Shown here: in pieces, positions 1 to 8,779 of the stretch | How positions within the stretch are numbered: position 1 is the stretch's first letter | Layout of the letters: each line of letters opens with the position of its first letter | NCBI GenBank assembly: GCA_036270875.1 | Contig: DATBBR010000051.1 | Span: 8,582 to 72,581, forward strand | DNA: 64,000 nt | From: Acidimicrobiales bacterium | GTDB taxonomy: Bacteria; Actinomycetota; Acidimicrobiia; Acidimicrobiales; AC-9 | Reading direction: 5' to 3' | Made by a program: the position numbers and the translations under genes | Notes under the pieces: model-generated | What the model was told of the DNA's origin: nothing | The model's database searches: none | What the model saw: only the letters and a program-made list of their open reading frames with translations

Positions 1-1
1 G

Positions 2-985
2 GTGAGCCACCGCCTCATCACCGATCGAGACCACACGGTGGCCCCAGTGATCCTGGTCGACGGGCACAGGGCCGTCGCCTCCGTCCCCGTACGACCGGGC
101 GACCGGATCGAGCTCCGGCAGGGGTCGGCCGTCGAGCCGACGGTGGTCCGCCTGGTGAAGCTCGATCCAGGTGCGGCGAGCTCCCCCGGAGCCGCCGGCG
201 CTGCCGGCAGCTCCGGCACGGGCCAGCCCGGCCTCGTCGCCACTGCGCCGATGGGCGACGTCCGCGCCGGGTTGCCCGACGTTGAGCGCACGCTATGGCA
301 CCCGGGCTCGGCGGCGTCGCTGGCCGAGCGGGTAGGCGAGCTCAGCGGCGAGGTCGTTGCCACGTCACCGGTGGCCTCCGCCTCGCCCGTCCAGCCCGAG
401 GCCGATCGCGTCGTGGCTCTCACGTTCGACGATGGGCCGGACCCGACCTGGACGCCAGAGGTGCTCCGTATCCTGGGCGCCGAGCGCGTCCCGGCCACGT
501 TCTGCGACATCGGCCGCTGGGCCTGGGCCCATCCGGAGCTCGTCCGAGCCGAGGTGGCGCAGGGGGAGACCGTCTGCGACCACACGGTCGACCACGACAC
601 CACACTCAACTACGCGTCCCACGCCCGAGTGGCGTTTGAGGTCGGACGGGGAGCGGACCTGATCGAGGCCGCCGCCGGCGTGCGACCCCGCTTCTATCGG
701 CCGCCGGCCGGCGTCCTCTCGCCCGACGTGATCGCGACCGCCCACGCTCGAGGGCTGCGCGTGCTCACCTGGTCGATCGATCCGAGCGACTACCTGGTAC
801 CGCCGCCTGATGTCCTGCTGTCGCGCATCCTCTCCCAGGTGCGCCCCGGCGCCGTGATCCTGCTCCACGACGGCGGGGGGTTCCGGGGCAACACCGTTGG
901 CATGCTCGCCCAGCTCATCGACACGCTGAGGGCCGAGGGCTACCGCTTTACGACGCCGGCCCAGGAGGTACCGGCCGCGTCGTAG
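2..985 (+). CDS. Polysaccharide deacetylase (NodB homology, CE4), possibly 5'-truncated by the window edge
   Basis: CE4 motifs TFDDGP, HTVDH, RPPAG, WSIDPSDY and LLHDG in the translated ORF; the N-terminal half is a low-complexity linker and the true start may lie upstream of base 1. Confidence 0.85.
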   Translation: MSHRLITDRDHTVAPVILVDGHRAVASVPVRPGDRIELRQGSAVEPTVVRLVKLDPGAASSPGAAGAAGSSGTGQPGLVATAPMGDVRAGLPDVERTLWHPGSAASLAERVGELSGEVVATSPVASASPVQPEADRVVALTFDDGPDPTWTPEVLRILGAERVPATFCDIGRWAWAHPELVRAEVAQGETVCDHTVDHDTTLNYASHARVAFEVGRGADLIEAAAGVRPRFYRPPAGVLSPDVIATAHARGLRVLTWSIDPSDYLVPPPDVLLSRILSQVRPGAVILLHDGGGFRGNTVGMLAQLIDTLRAEGYRFTTPAQEVPAAS

Positions 986-1466
986 GGGAGACGTCGACCT
1001 GGCACGTCTCGTCGATGCCGAGGACGCGCAGCAGACGGCCGAGCCCGAGAAAGGTGGCCACACAGATCGTGAGGTCGAGGATCTCGGCGTCGGTGAAGCT
1101 CTCCCGCAGCCGGATGAAGAAGTCATCATCGATCCGGGTGTGGTCGAGCACGAACCGCTCGGCGTACTCGATAGCCAGCCGCTCCTGTTCCGAGTAGTCG
1201 GCCGTGCGGTACTCGGCGACGTGACGGTAGAATTCCTCGGTGAGTCCCTGCTGCGTCACCGACGCAGCCCGAAAGCTCAGTCAGATGGGACAGTCGTTGA
1301 GCTGGGCGATGCGCATCCGCGCCGCCTCCCGGACGCGGACCGGCAGAATGCTCTTGTTGTAGGCGGCATCGCTCAACCGGGCCACAGCCCCGCCCATCTC
1401 CGGTCGCAGCGACCAGACCTGGACGGCGTCGCCGCCCTCACCCTCGGGAATGTCGATGCGAGCCAT
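948..1466 (-). CDS. AhpD/carboxymuconolactone decarboxylase-family protein with in-frame UGA (probable selenocysteine, CxxU), 172 aa
   Basis: ATG at 1466 gives MARIDIPEG...REAARMRIAQLNDCPI, then TGA (1283-1281), then in the same frame LSFRAASVTQQGLTEEFY...ERLAIEYAERF...EILDLTIC to the stop at 948. The two ORF-track fragments are in frame and together form one CMD/AhpD-like protein; a SECIS-like hairpin follows the UGA. Confidence 0.8.
1241..1279 (-). promoter_or_regulatory. Bacterial SECIS-like stem-loop
   Basis: After the UGA the mRNA reads C UGAG C UUUC GG GCUGCGUC GGU GACGCAGC A GGGA CUCA: perfect 8-bp upper stem, GGU apical loop starting 20 nt after the UGA, 2x1 internal loop and a lower stem. 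Confidence 0.75.
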
Positions 1467-1471
1467 TCGTT

Positions 1472-2695
1472 TCAGCCGACCGAGGCGGGGCTTGCCGAGA
1501 AGGCGACGGGCATGTGCTTGATCCCGTTGATGAAGTTCGAGCGCAGGCGCCCGACCGGTCCCGCCAGCTCCATGTCGGGCAGGCGACGGAGCACCTCGTC
1601 GAAGATGACCCGGATCTCGAGCCGGGCGAGGTTGGCGCCGAGGCAGAAGTGGGGACCCCCGCCTCCGAAGGAGATGTGCTCGTTGGGGGAGCGCCCGACG
1701 TCGAAGCGGAACGGGTCGGGGAACACGGTGTCGTCCCGGTTGGCAGAGATGTACCAGATCACGACCTTCTGGCCCTCGGCGACGGGCTGGCCGAGGATCT
1801 CGATGTCGCGCTGGGCCGTCCGGCGGAAATGCATGACCGGCGTCCCCCACCGCAGCATCTCCTCGATGGCACTCGGCAGGAGGGACGGATCCTTCAGCAG
1901 GCGTGCCCGCTCGTCGGGATGCTCGATGAGGGCGAGCATCCCGTGGGCGATGAGGTTGCGGGTGGTCTCGTTGCCGGCCACCGCCAAGAGCAGGAAGAAG
2001 AGGTCGAACTCGAGCTCGCTGAGCTTCTCCCCGTTCACCTCGGACCCGAGCAGGACGCTGATGATGTCGTCCCTCGGCGAGGACCGCTTCTGGGCCGCCA
2101 GCTCGTGGGCGTAGGCGTAGAGCTCGGTCGACGCCTCCATCGCGCCTTCCTCGGTGGTCTGGTACTCCGGGTCCTCGGAGCCGATCATCCGGTTGCTCCA
2201 GTCGAACACGAGGTGGCGGTCCTCCTGGGGGACGCCCATGATCTCGGCGATCACCTGGAGGGGCAGCTCGGCTGCGATGTCGGTGACGAAGTCGCACTCG
2301 CCCTTGGCAGCCACGGCGTCGACGATCTCCCCCGCCAGCACCCGGACCCGATCCTCGAGGCGGCCAACCATCCTCGGGGTGAACCCCTTGTTCACGAGGA
2401 GCCGGTAGCGGGTGTGCATGGGCGGGTCCATGTTGAGCATCATCATGCGCTGCTGGGCCAGCATCTCCTCGTCCTGGTCCATGAGCAGCGCGCTGCCCCG
2501 GTTGGAAGAGTAGGTCTCCCAGTCGCGGTTGATGGCCACCACGTCCTCGTAGCGGGTGACGGCCCAGAAGCCCGAGCCGTCGGGCTCGTCCTGCCAGCAG
2601 ATCGGCGCCTTGGATCGCAGGGTCGTCAGCATGTCGTGGGGCACGCCGCGGACGAAGACGTCCTTGTCGGCCAGGTCCACGTCAGAGATCTCCAC
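1472..2695 (-). CDS. Cytochrome P450 (CYP124/CYP125-like lipid or sterol omega-oxidase)
   Basis: I-helix AVAGNETT, EEMLR (ExxR) and heme motif FGGGGPHFCLG; GAGGAGG SD upstream of GTG 2695. Subfamily is inferred from overall resemblance. Confidence 0.9.
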   Translation of the reverse strand: MEISDVDLADKDVFVRGVPHDMLTTLRSKAPICWQDEPDGSGFWAVTRYEDVVAINRDWETYSSNRGSALLMDQDEEMLAQQRMMMLNMDPPMHTRYRLLVNKGFTPRMVGRLEDRVRVLAGEIVDAVAAKGECDFVTDIAAELPLQVIAEIMGVPQEDRHLVFDWSNRMIGSEDPEYQTTEEGAMEASTELYAYAHELAAQKRSSPRDDIISVLLGSEVNGEKLSELEFDLFFLLLAVAGNETTRNLIAHGMLALIEHPDERARLLKDPSLLPSAIEEMLRWGTPVMHFRRTAQRDIEILGQPVAEGQKVVIWYISANRDDTVFPDPFRFDVGRSPNEHISFGGGGPHFCLGANLARLEIRVIFDEVLRRLPDMELAGPVGRLRSNFINGIKHMPVAFSASPASVG

Positions 2696-2729
2696 GGGCA
2701 GTCCTCCTCGGCGCGGGAGCCTGGATCTG

Positions 2730-2735
2730 ATTCTA
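2730..2735 (-). promoter_or_regulatory. Putative -10 element (TAGAAT) of the P450-AhpD transcript
   Basis: Near-consensus TAGAAT on the minus strand 34 nt upstream of the P450 start, with the SD in between. Confidence 0.5.
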
Positions 2736-2760
2736 TGTCAGCTCGAGCGTGGGCGGGAGA

Positions 2761-3337
2761 TCAGGGGAAGATCGAGTTGCCGAAGAGCAAGTTCAGGGTG
2801 CCGGTGTTGGCGACCGCCAGGCCACCGTCGGGGAGGGGCTGGCGCAATCGGTTCACCCCGATGAAGTTGCTGGTCAGGAGGTTGCGGGAGTCTTGCCGTT
2901 CGTCGTCAGCCCGACGATGTCGGGATCGACCTTCACCCCCGAGGCATTGCCCGCCAGCTCGATGCCGTTGTCGTCGTTCCCCGAGAAGACGTTCGTCCGA
3001 ACCTCGTTGTTGCCTCCGGCGGACGTGATGAGCAGGCCGTCGTTGCCGTTCGCGGCGGCTCCCTTGAAGGCCAGCAGACCACCGAAGGTGTTGAAGGTGA
3101 TGAACCCGTTGACCGTGTCGCGGACCTCGATGCCGTTCTGGTGGTTGCGTAATAGACGAACGGGTTGTTCACGAACTGACAACCGATCAACTGGTTGTTG
3201 TCGGACCCGCTGACAGATACTCCGTCAAGACCGTTGCCGATCGCCCCATCCCCGTTCGCTGTGGTCCCTACGAAGTTGCCGTTGACGACGTTGCTCTGCG
3301 AGCCGCCGGTGATCGAAATGCCAGTGTGCAGAGACAT
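2761..3337 (-). pseudogene. Degraded right-handed parallel beta-helix repeat protein
   Basis: Three frame segments with Asn/Gly beta-helix repeats (NVVNGNFVGTTANG...GNGLDGV; NHQNGIEVRD...NVFSGNDDNGIEL; LTSNFIGVNRLRQPLPDGGLAV...GNSIFP-stop at 2761), frame changes near 3149 and 2885, no N-terminus, visibly lower GC than flanks. Confidence 0.7.
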
Positions 3338-3450
3338 GCAAAAGGGACTTCACGAAAGGTGAAAATCACCACGATTCCTGCCCCGCACCCCCAGGGAGAC
3401 AGCGAGTGGCCGAACTTGTCGGGAAAACTGGCATGTGTTCTACTCGGGCC

Positions 3451-4362
3451 ATGAGTGGCATCTGTGACGGTCGGGTGGTCATCGTGACGGGCGCGGGTCG
3501 CGGCATCGGCCGGGGCCACGCGCTCGAGTTCGCCCGCCAGGGCGCCAAGGTCGTGGTCAACGACCTTGGCGCCGAGGTGGACGGGACGGGTGGGTCGTCG
3601 GGGGTCGTCGGCGAGGTCGTCGACGCGATCCGCGCTGGCGGTGGGGAGGCGGTGGCCAACGGGGACGACGTGGCCGACTGGCAGGGCGCACAGCACCTGA
3701 TCTCGACCGCCCTCGAGACCTGGGGACGCCTTGACGTGGTGGTCAACAACGCGGGCATCCTTCGGGACCGGATGCTGGTGAGCATGACCGAGGACGACTG
3801 GGATCTGGTCATGCGCGTGCACTTGAAGGGCACCTTCTGCGTCAGCCACCACGCCGCCGTCCACTGGCGGGAGCTGGCCAAGGGGGGCGAGCCGGCCGAC
3901 GCCAGGATCATCAACACCAGCTCGGCCGCCGGGCTCTACGGCAACGTGGGGCAGACCAACTACTCCACGGCCAAGGCCGGCATCGCCGCCTTCACCGTCG
4001 TGGCCTCGGCCGAGCTCGGCCGCTACGGCGTGACCGCGAACGCCATTGCTCCCATGGCCCGCACACGGATGACCGAGTCGTTGTTCCCCGAGATCATGGC
4101 CAAGCCCGAGGAAGGCTTCGACAAGATGGCGGCCGAGAACGTGGCTCCCCTGGTGACCTGGCTCGGGAGTGCCGAGTCCAAGGACGTCACCGGGCGGGTC
4201 TTCGAGATCTTCGGCGGGCTGATCGCGGTGGCCGAGGGGTGGCGACGGGGCCCGTCCATCGACCAGGAGGACCGCTGGGACCCGGCCAAGCTCGGCCCCG
4301 TGGTCCGCGACCTCGTCGAGAGCGCCCAGGCGCCGAGGGTTATCGGGGCCTCACCCGCCTGA
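3451..4362 (+). CDS. Short-chain dehydrogenase/reductase (3-oxoacyl reductase-like, steroid-catabolism type)
   Basis: TGAGRGIG, VVVNNAG and YSTAK motifs; ATG 3451 chosen because the SDR fold begins there. Confidence 0.9.
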   Translation: MSGICDGRVVIVTGAGRGIGRGHALEFARQGAKVVVNDLGAEVDGTGGSSGVVGEVVDAIRAGGGEAVANGDDVADWQGAQHLISTALETWGRLDVVVNNAGILRDRMLVSMTEDDWDLVMRVHLKGTFCVSHHAAVHWRELAKGGEPADARIINTSSAAGLYGNVGQTNYSTAKAGIAAFTVVASAELGRYGVTANAIAPMARTRMTESLFPEIMAKPEEGFDKMAAENVAPLVTWLGSAESKDVTGRVFEIFGGLIAVAEGWRRGPSIDQEDRWDPAKLGPVVRDLVESAQAPRVIGASPA

Positions 4363-5772
4363 TCGGGTGCCCTGGCGTTCCTCCGCCAGCTTGCGCAGCT
4401 CCTCGACGGCCTCGGTGAAACCGGTGGCGATGTCCCACAGGTCGGGGACCATCTCCCGGCAGGCGATCGCGCCGAAGTCGACCGAACCCATGTTGGACAG
4501 CACGGTGAGGTTGAGCCCTGCTCCTTCGATGATCGGCCCGAACGGATAGACGGCCAGGACGCGGGCGCCGGCGCTGTACAGGGGGACAGGCGGTCCGGGG
4601 ACGTTGGAGATGACCAGGTTGTGCACGACCGGATGGCGGTCGGCCAGCTTGCTGGCCGAGTAGAAGCGGGCGGCCCGGGCGAAGACGGCCGGTGCCGCGA
4701 ACTCGGCCCAGTTCTGGAGGGCATCGGCGCCGATCGCACCGTGGACGTCCTTGGCCGACTTGGTGTCGCTCCGGATGTGCAACAGCCGCTCGATCGGGTC
4801 CTCGATGTGCACCGGCAGCCCGACGAACATGGCCGAGAGCTGGTTGCCGGGCTGGTCCTGCTTGTCATCCGAGCGGACCGAGACCGGCACGGACGCCACG
4901 AGGGACTTCTCGGGCAGGTCGTCGTGCGCGATCAGCCACTTGCGCATGGTGCCGGCGCAGGCAGCCAGCACGACGTCGTTGACCGTCGTGCCGTAGACCT
5001 TCTTCACCAGCTTGAAGTCGTCGAGGGAGGCCTTGCCGAAAGCGACCGCCCGGTGCGGGGTGACTGCGCCGCTGAAGCTCGTGCGGGGAGCGGTGAAGGG
5101 CAGTGTGGCCGCCGGGCCCTCGTTGCGCCGGACCACGCGGAGCAGCTCCAGGGCCGACCGACCGGTCCGGGCCATTGTCGGGAACACCTGCGGCCAGTGA
5201 CGGATGCGGGACGCGACCGAGTGGGTGACGAGCTCGACATCCGAGGGCTTGTGCTCGGGTTGCCACTCCTGCTCGGGCGGTTCCACCTTGGTGTCGGGCT
5301 CGAGGTCGAACAGGTGCACCATGAGGTCGGCACCCGACACTCCGTCGATGACGCAATGGTGCATCTTGGCGATGAGTGCCACATAACCGTGCTCCAGCCC
5401 CTCGGCCACCCACATCTCCCACAGGGGCTTGCTCCGGTCGAGGGGGCGGCTGGCGATGTTGCCGACGAGCTCGGCGAGGTCCTGAAGCGTCCCCGGCGCG
5501 GGTACGCCGATCCGGAAGAGATGGTTGTCGATGTCGAAGGCCGGGTCCTCGATGAGAAGGGGGTGGGCCAGCTGGAAGGGCACGGTCATGACCCGCTCGC
5601 GAAATGGCGGCAGGAGGTGCATGCGGCTGGTCAGCATCTGCTTGACGGTGTCGATCGAGTAGCCGCCCGGCATCGTCGACGGGTCGAGGAGGATCACCCC
5701 CGTCACGTGCATGTGCATCGACGGTGTCTCGGCGTACAGGAAGATGGAGTCGAGACCGGAAAGTCGTCTCAT
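4351..5772 (-). CDS. Wax ester synthase/diacylglycerol acyltransferase (WS/DGAT)
   Basis: N-terminal RLSGLDSIFLYAETPSMHMH, catalytic HHCVIDG (HHxxxDG), TVNDVVLA and SNVPGP. Confidence 0.93.
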   Translation of the reverse strand: MRRLSGLDSIFLYAETPSMHMHVTGVILLDPSTMPGGYSIDTVKQMLTSRMHLLPPFRERVMTVPFQLAHPLLIEDPAFDIDNHLFRIGVPAPGTLQDLAELVGNIASRPLDRSKPLWEMWVAEGLEHGYVALIAKMHHCVIDGVSGADLMVHLFDLEPDTKVEPPEQEWQPEHKPSDVELVTHSVASRIRHWPQVFPTMARTGRSALELLRVVRRNEGPAATLPFTAPRTSFSGAVTPHRAVAFGKASLDDFKLVKKVYGTTVNDVVLAACAGTMRKWLIAHDDLPEKSLVASVPVSVRSDDKQDQPGNQLSAMFVGLPVHIEDPIERLLHIRSDTKSAKDVHGAIGADALQNWAEFAAPAVFARAARFYSASKLADRHPVVHNLVISNVPGPPVPLYSAGARVLAVYPFGPIIEGAGLNLTVLSNMGSVDFGAIACREMVPDLWDIATGFTEAVEELRKLAEERQGTRSGG

Positions 5773-7440
5773 CTATGCCCCCTTTGGCGAGGCGACCGGC
5801 TCGATGGCGCGGTCGCGAGCCCAGCGGTAGTCGGCCTTGCCGCTGGGCGATCGAAGGATCTTGTCCACCACCAGCAGCTGGCGCGGGACCTTGTATCCCG
5901 CCATCCGCTCCCGAGACCAGGACCGGATGTCGTCCAGCTCCAGGTGCTTACCGGTGCGGGGCTCGACCACGGCGACCACCCGCTCCCCCCAACGCTCGTC
6001 GGGCACACCGACGACGACGGTGTCGAAGATCGCCGGGTGACTCTTGAGGACCGCCTCGACCTCTTCGGGGTAGACCTTCTCACCGCCGGTGTTGATGCTC
6101 CCCGAGCCCCGACCGAGCAGCACGACCGTACCGTCCTCTTCGACCGTGGCCATGTCGCCGGGCAGCACCCAGCGCACGCCGTCGACCTCGACGAAGGTGC
6201 TCGCCGTCTTGGCTTCGTCCTTGTAGTAGCCGAGCGGGATGTGCCCCCGGCGGGCCAGGCGGCCGGTCACCGCCGAACCGGGGACAACGGGCCGGAGCTG
6301 GTCGTCGAGCACCGTGGTCTGCTCGTTGAGGGTGAACCGGGGCAGGTCGTCGCCGGCCGACGAGCCGGGCAGGCTCGACCGGCTCCCGACGGTGCCCGTC
6401 TCTGACGCCCCGAAGCCGTCCACGATCAATGCGTTCGGCAGGTGCGATGACAGCGCCTGCTTGGTGGAAGGAGACAGGATCGCGCCGCCGGACCCGATCA
6501 CGATCAGCGTCGACGTGTCGTACGGCTCGCCCGCCCCGGCCAGGGCGTCGGCGAGGGGGCGGGCCATGGCATCACCCACGATCACGAGGACGTTGACCCC
6601 CTCGCGCCCGATCAGGGTCCAGATCGTCTCGGGATCGAAGCGGCCGTGGGGCGTGACCACGAGCCTGCCACCGCCGAAGAGCGACGTGAACGCCAGCCAA
6701 TGGGCGCTCACGTGCATCAACGGCGGCGTGGCCAGCGTGACCAGCCCGGTGTCGGGGAGCCGCTCGACCAGCTCCTCGGGCCGGCTGATGAAGTCGCCCG
6801 ACTGGAGAGGGTCGCCTCCGCCCATGGCGGCGAAGAAGATGTCCTCGTGACGCCAGAGCACGCCCTTGGGCATCCCGGTGGTGCCGCCCGTGTAGGCGCA
6901 GTAGATATCGTCGCTCGAACGAGGTTGGAAGTCCCGGTCCGGCCGCCCGGCAGCCACCGCCTCCTCGTAGCCGACCGCACCGGCGGGACACCGCTCGTCG
7001 GTCCCGTCGTCCACTACCACCAGGCTGTGCAGCAGCGGAAGGTCTGGGGCCACCGCGGCGACACGGGGGGAGAACTGCCGGTGGAGGACGACGGTCACGA
7101 GGTCCGCGTCATCGAAGAGCTGAGCCAGCTCGGCGTCGACGTAGCGGTAGTTGACGTTGATGGGTACGGCCCTGATCTTGAATGCGGCCAGCATGGCTTC
7201 GACGTACTCGGCGCCGTTTAGCAGCTGGAGCCCCACGTGGTCGCCGGCTCGGACCCCGGCTGACTGCAGGTGATGGGCGAGACGGTTGGCCCGCCGGTCG
7301 AGCCCGGCGTACGTCAGCCGACTCTCACCCGCGACGAGCGCCTCGCGGTCGGGAATGGCGTCGGCCACCAGCTCGAACAGGTCACAGAGGTTGAACGTCC
7401 GAGATGGTCGTGTCGGATCCCCAGCATCCTGACGTACCAT
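5773..7440 (-). CDS. Acyl-CoA synthetase / AMP-binding enzyme (FadD19-like)
   Basis: YTGGTTGMPKG P-loop, GFGASE, INTGGEKVYPEEVE and PRSPSGK; start placed at ATG 7440 (7449 also possible), not the ORF-track 7653. Confidence 0.88.
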   Translation of the reverse strand: MVRQDAGDPTRPSRTFNLCDLFELVADAIPDREALVAGESRLTYAGLDRRANRLAHHLQSAGVRAGDHVGLQLLNGAEYVEAMLAAFKIRAVPINVNYRYVDAELAQLFDDADLVTVVLHRQFSPRVAAVAPDLPLLHSLVVVDDGTDERCPAGAVGYEEAVAAGRPDRDFQPRSSDDIYCAYTGGTTGMPKGVLWRHEDIFFAAMGGGDPLQSGDFISRPEELVERLPDTGLVTLATPPLMHVSAHWLAFTSLFGGGRLVVTPHGRFDPETIWTLIGREGVNVLVIVGDAMARPLADALAGAGEPYDTSTLIVIGSGGAILSPSTKQALSSHLPNALIVDGFGASETGTVGSRSSLPGSSAGDDLPRFTLNEQTTVLDDQLRPVVPGSAVTGRLARRGHIPLGYYKDEAKTASTFVEVDGVRWVLPGDMATVEEDGTVVLLGRGSGSINTGGEKVYPEEVEAVLKSHPAIFDTVVVGVPDERWGERVVAVVEPRTGKHLELDDIRSWSRERMAGYKVPRQLLVVDKILRSPSGKADYRWARDRAIEPVASPKGA

Positions 7441-7477
7441 CAGGAGCATGCTAGTTGGTGGCCGTGAGGGTGAGGCG

Positions 7478-7519
7478 GGGTCGCAGACGGGGTCAGCTGG
7501 GTCGCAGAGGGGGTCAGCT
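7478..7519. repeat. 21-bp tandem duplication in a divergent intergenic region
   Basis: gggtcgcagacggggtcagct followed by gggtcgcagagggggtcagct (one mismatch). Confidence 0.8.
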
Positions 7520-7588
7520 GGGAGGCCGCTGCCGGCCGAGGTGTACCGGCTGCTGGTTCGCGCTGCCGAACCCCCCGTCCGCATCGCC

Positions 7589-8773
7589 ATGACCGCGCCG
7601 CGTACAGCTGCGTTCGTGGCCCGCTCCTGGGCCCGCAGCCGGCGGCCACCCATCCCCGCCTATCCGCCCTCGCCGCAACCGAGCGCCGGGCTGGCGGCCC
7701 AGGTGGCGATGGACGAGCTGCTCCTGGCCGTCATGAAGAGCCCGAAGCGCTACCCGCACCGCGCCGACTACGAGCGCGTCGGGCGAGAGGTCCTCGAGGC
7801 GGCCGACCTGTTCGAGAGCCGGGGATGGCTGACCGATACCACCTCCTACCACCCTGACCCGCCGGCCCTGTCGTCGCCCACCATCGAGGCCTGCAGGCCG
7901 CTCGACCTGGCCTGGACGCGGGGGATCTCGTACGAGCACCTGTGGTTCGAAAGCGGCTACGAGCCGCACGAGGGGGAGCCGGGCCGGCGGCGATGGCTGG
8001 ACATGACGCCAAACCGGACGGCCCACGCGTGGGTCCTCCGCCATCCCGGCCCGCCCCGGCCCTGGCTCGTGTGCCTGCACGGCTTCGGGACCGGGAGCGC
8101 CATGCTCGACCTCCCGGCCTTCCGTGCCCTGCGCCTTCATCGCGACCTCGGGCTGAACCTCCTCCTGCCGGTCCTGCCCTGCCACGGCCCTCGAAAGATC
8201 AGCCGGCTGGGCTCGGACAGCCTGCTGTCGTTCGACATCCTCAACAGCATCCACGGGATCGCCCAGGGCGTCTGGGACATACGTCGGCTGCTGGGCTGGG
8301 TCAGGAGCGAGGGAGCGCCGGCGATCGGCCTCTACGGCATCTCCCTCGGCGGCTACATGACCGCCCTCCTGGCCGGGCTGGAGGACGGTCTGGGCTGTGC
8401 CATCGCCGGCATCCCGGCGGCCGACCTGCCGCACCTGTTCTTCCATCACTCTCCGCCCCAGGTTCGGCGCCGGGCCGCCGAGCACCACCTCCTCGGCGAG
8501 GAGGCGAGCCGGATCCACAGGGTGATCTCGCCGCTGGTCCTCAGATCCCGCGTGCCGCACTCGGGTCGGTTCATCTACGCCGGGCTCGCCGACCGCCTGG
8601 CCACCCCCGGACAGGCCCAGCGGCTGTGGCTCCACTGGGACCGACCCACCATCCACTGGTACCCGGGCAACCACGTCGGCTTCTACTGGGCACGCGAGCT
8701 CGGCGACTTCGTCGACAGCGCCCTCGTCTCGTCGGGGCTGGCCGACAGGCCAGCCGTCTCCGCCACGGCATAG
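7589..8773 (+). CDS. Alpha/beta hydrolase (lipase/esterase-like)
   Basis: CLHGFG oxyanion region, GISLGG nucleophile elbow, likely Asp in ADRL and His in GNHVG; start uncertain (7589 or 7709). Confidence 0.8.
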   Translation: MTAPRTAAFVARSWARSRRPPIPAYPPSPQPSAGLAAQVAMDELLLAVMKSPKRYPHRADYERVGREVLEAADLFESRGWLTDTTSYHPDPPALSSPTIEACRPLDLAWTRGISYEHLWFESGYEPHEGEPGRRRWLDMTPNRTAHAWVLRHPGPPRPWLVCLHGFGTGSAMLDLPAFRALRLHRDLGLNLLLPVLPCHGPRKISRLGSDSLLSFDILNSIHGIAQGVWDIRRLLGWVRSEGAPAIGLYGISLGGYMTALLAGLEDGLGCAIAGIPAADLPHLFFHHSPPQVRRRAAEHHLLGEEASRIHRVISPLVLRSRVPHSGRFIYAGLADRLATPGQAQRLWLHWDRPTIHWYPGNHVGFYWARELGDFVDSALVSSGLADRPAVSATA

Positions 8774-8779
8774 GACGTC

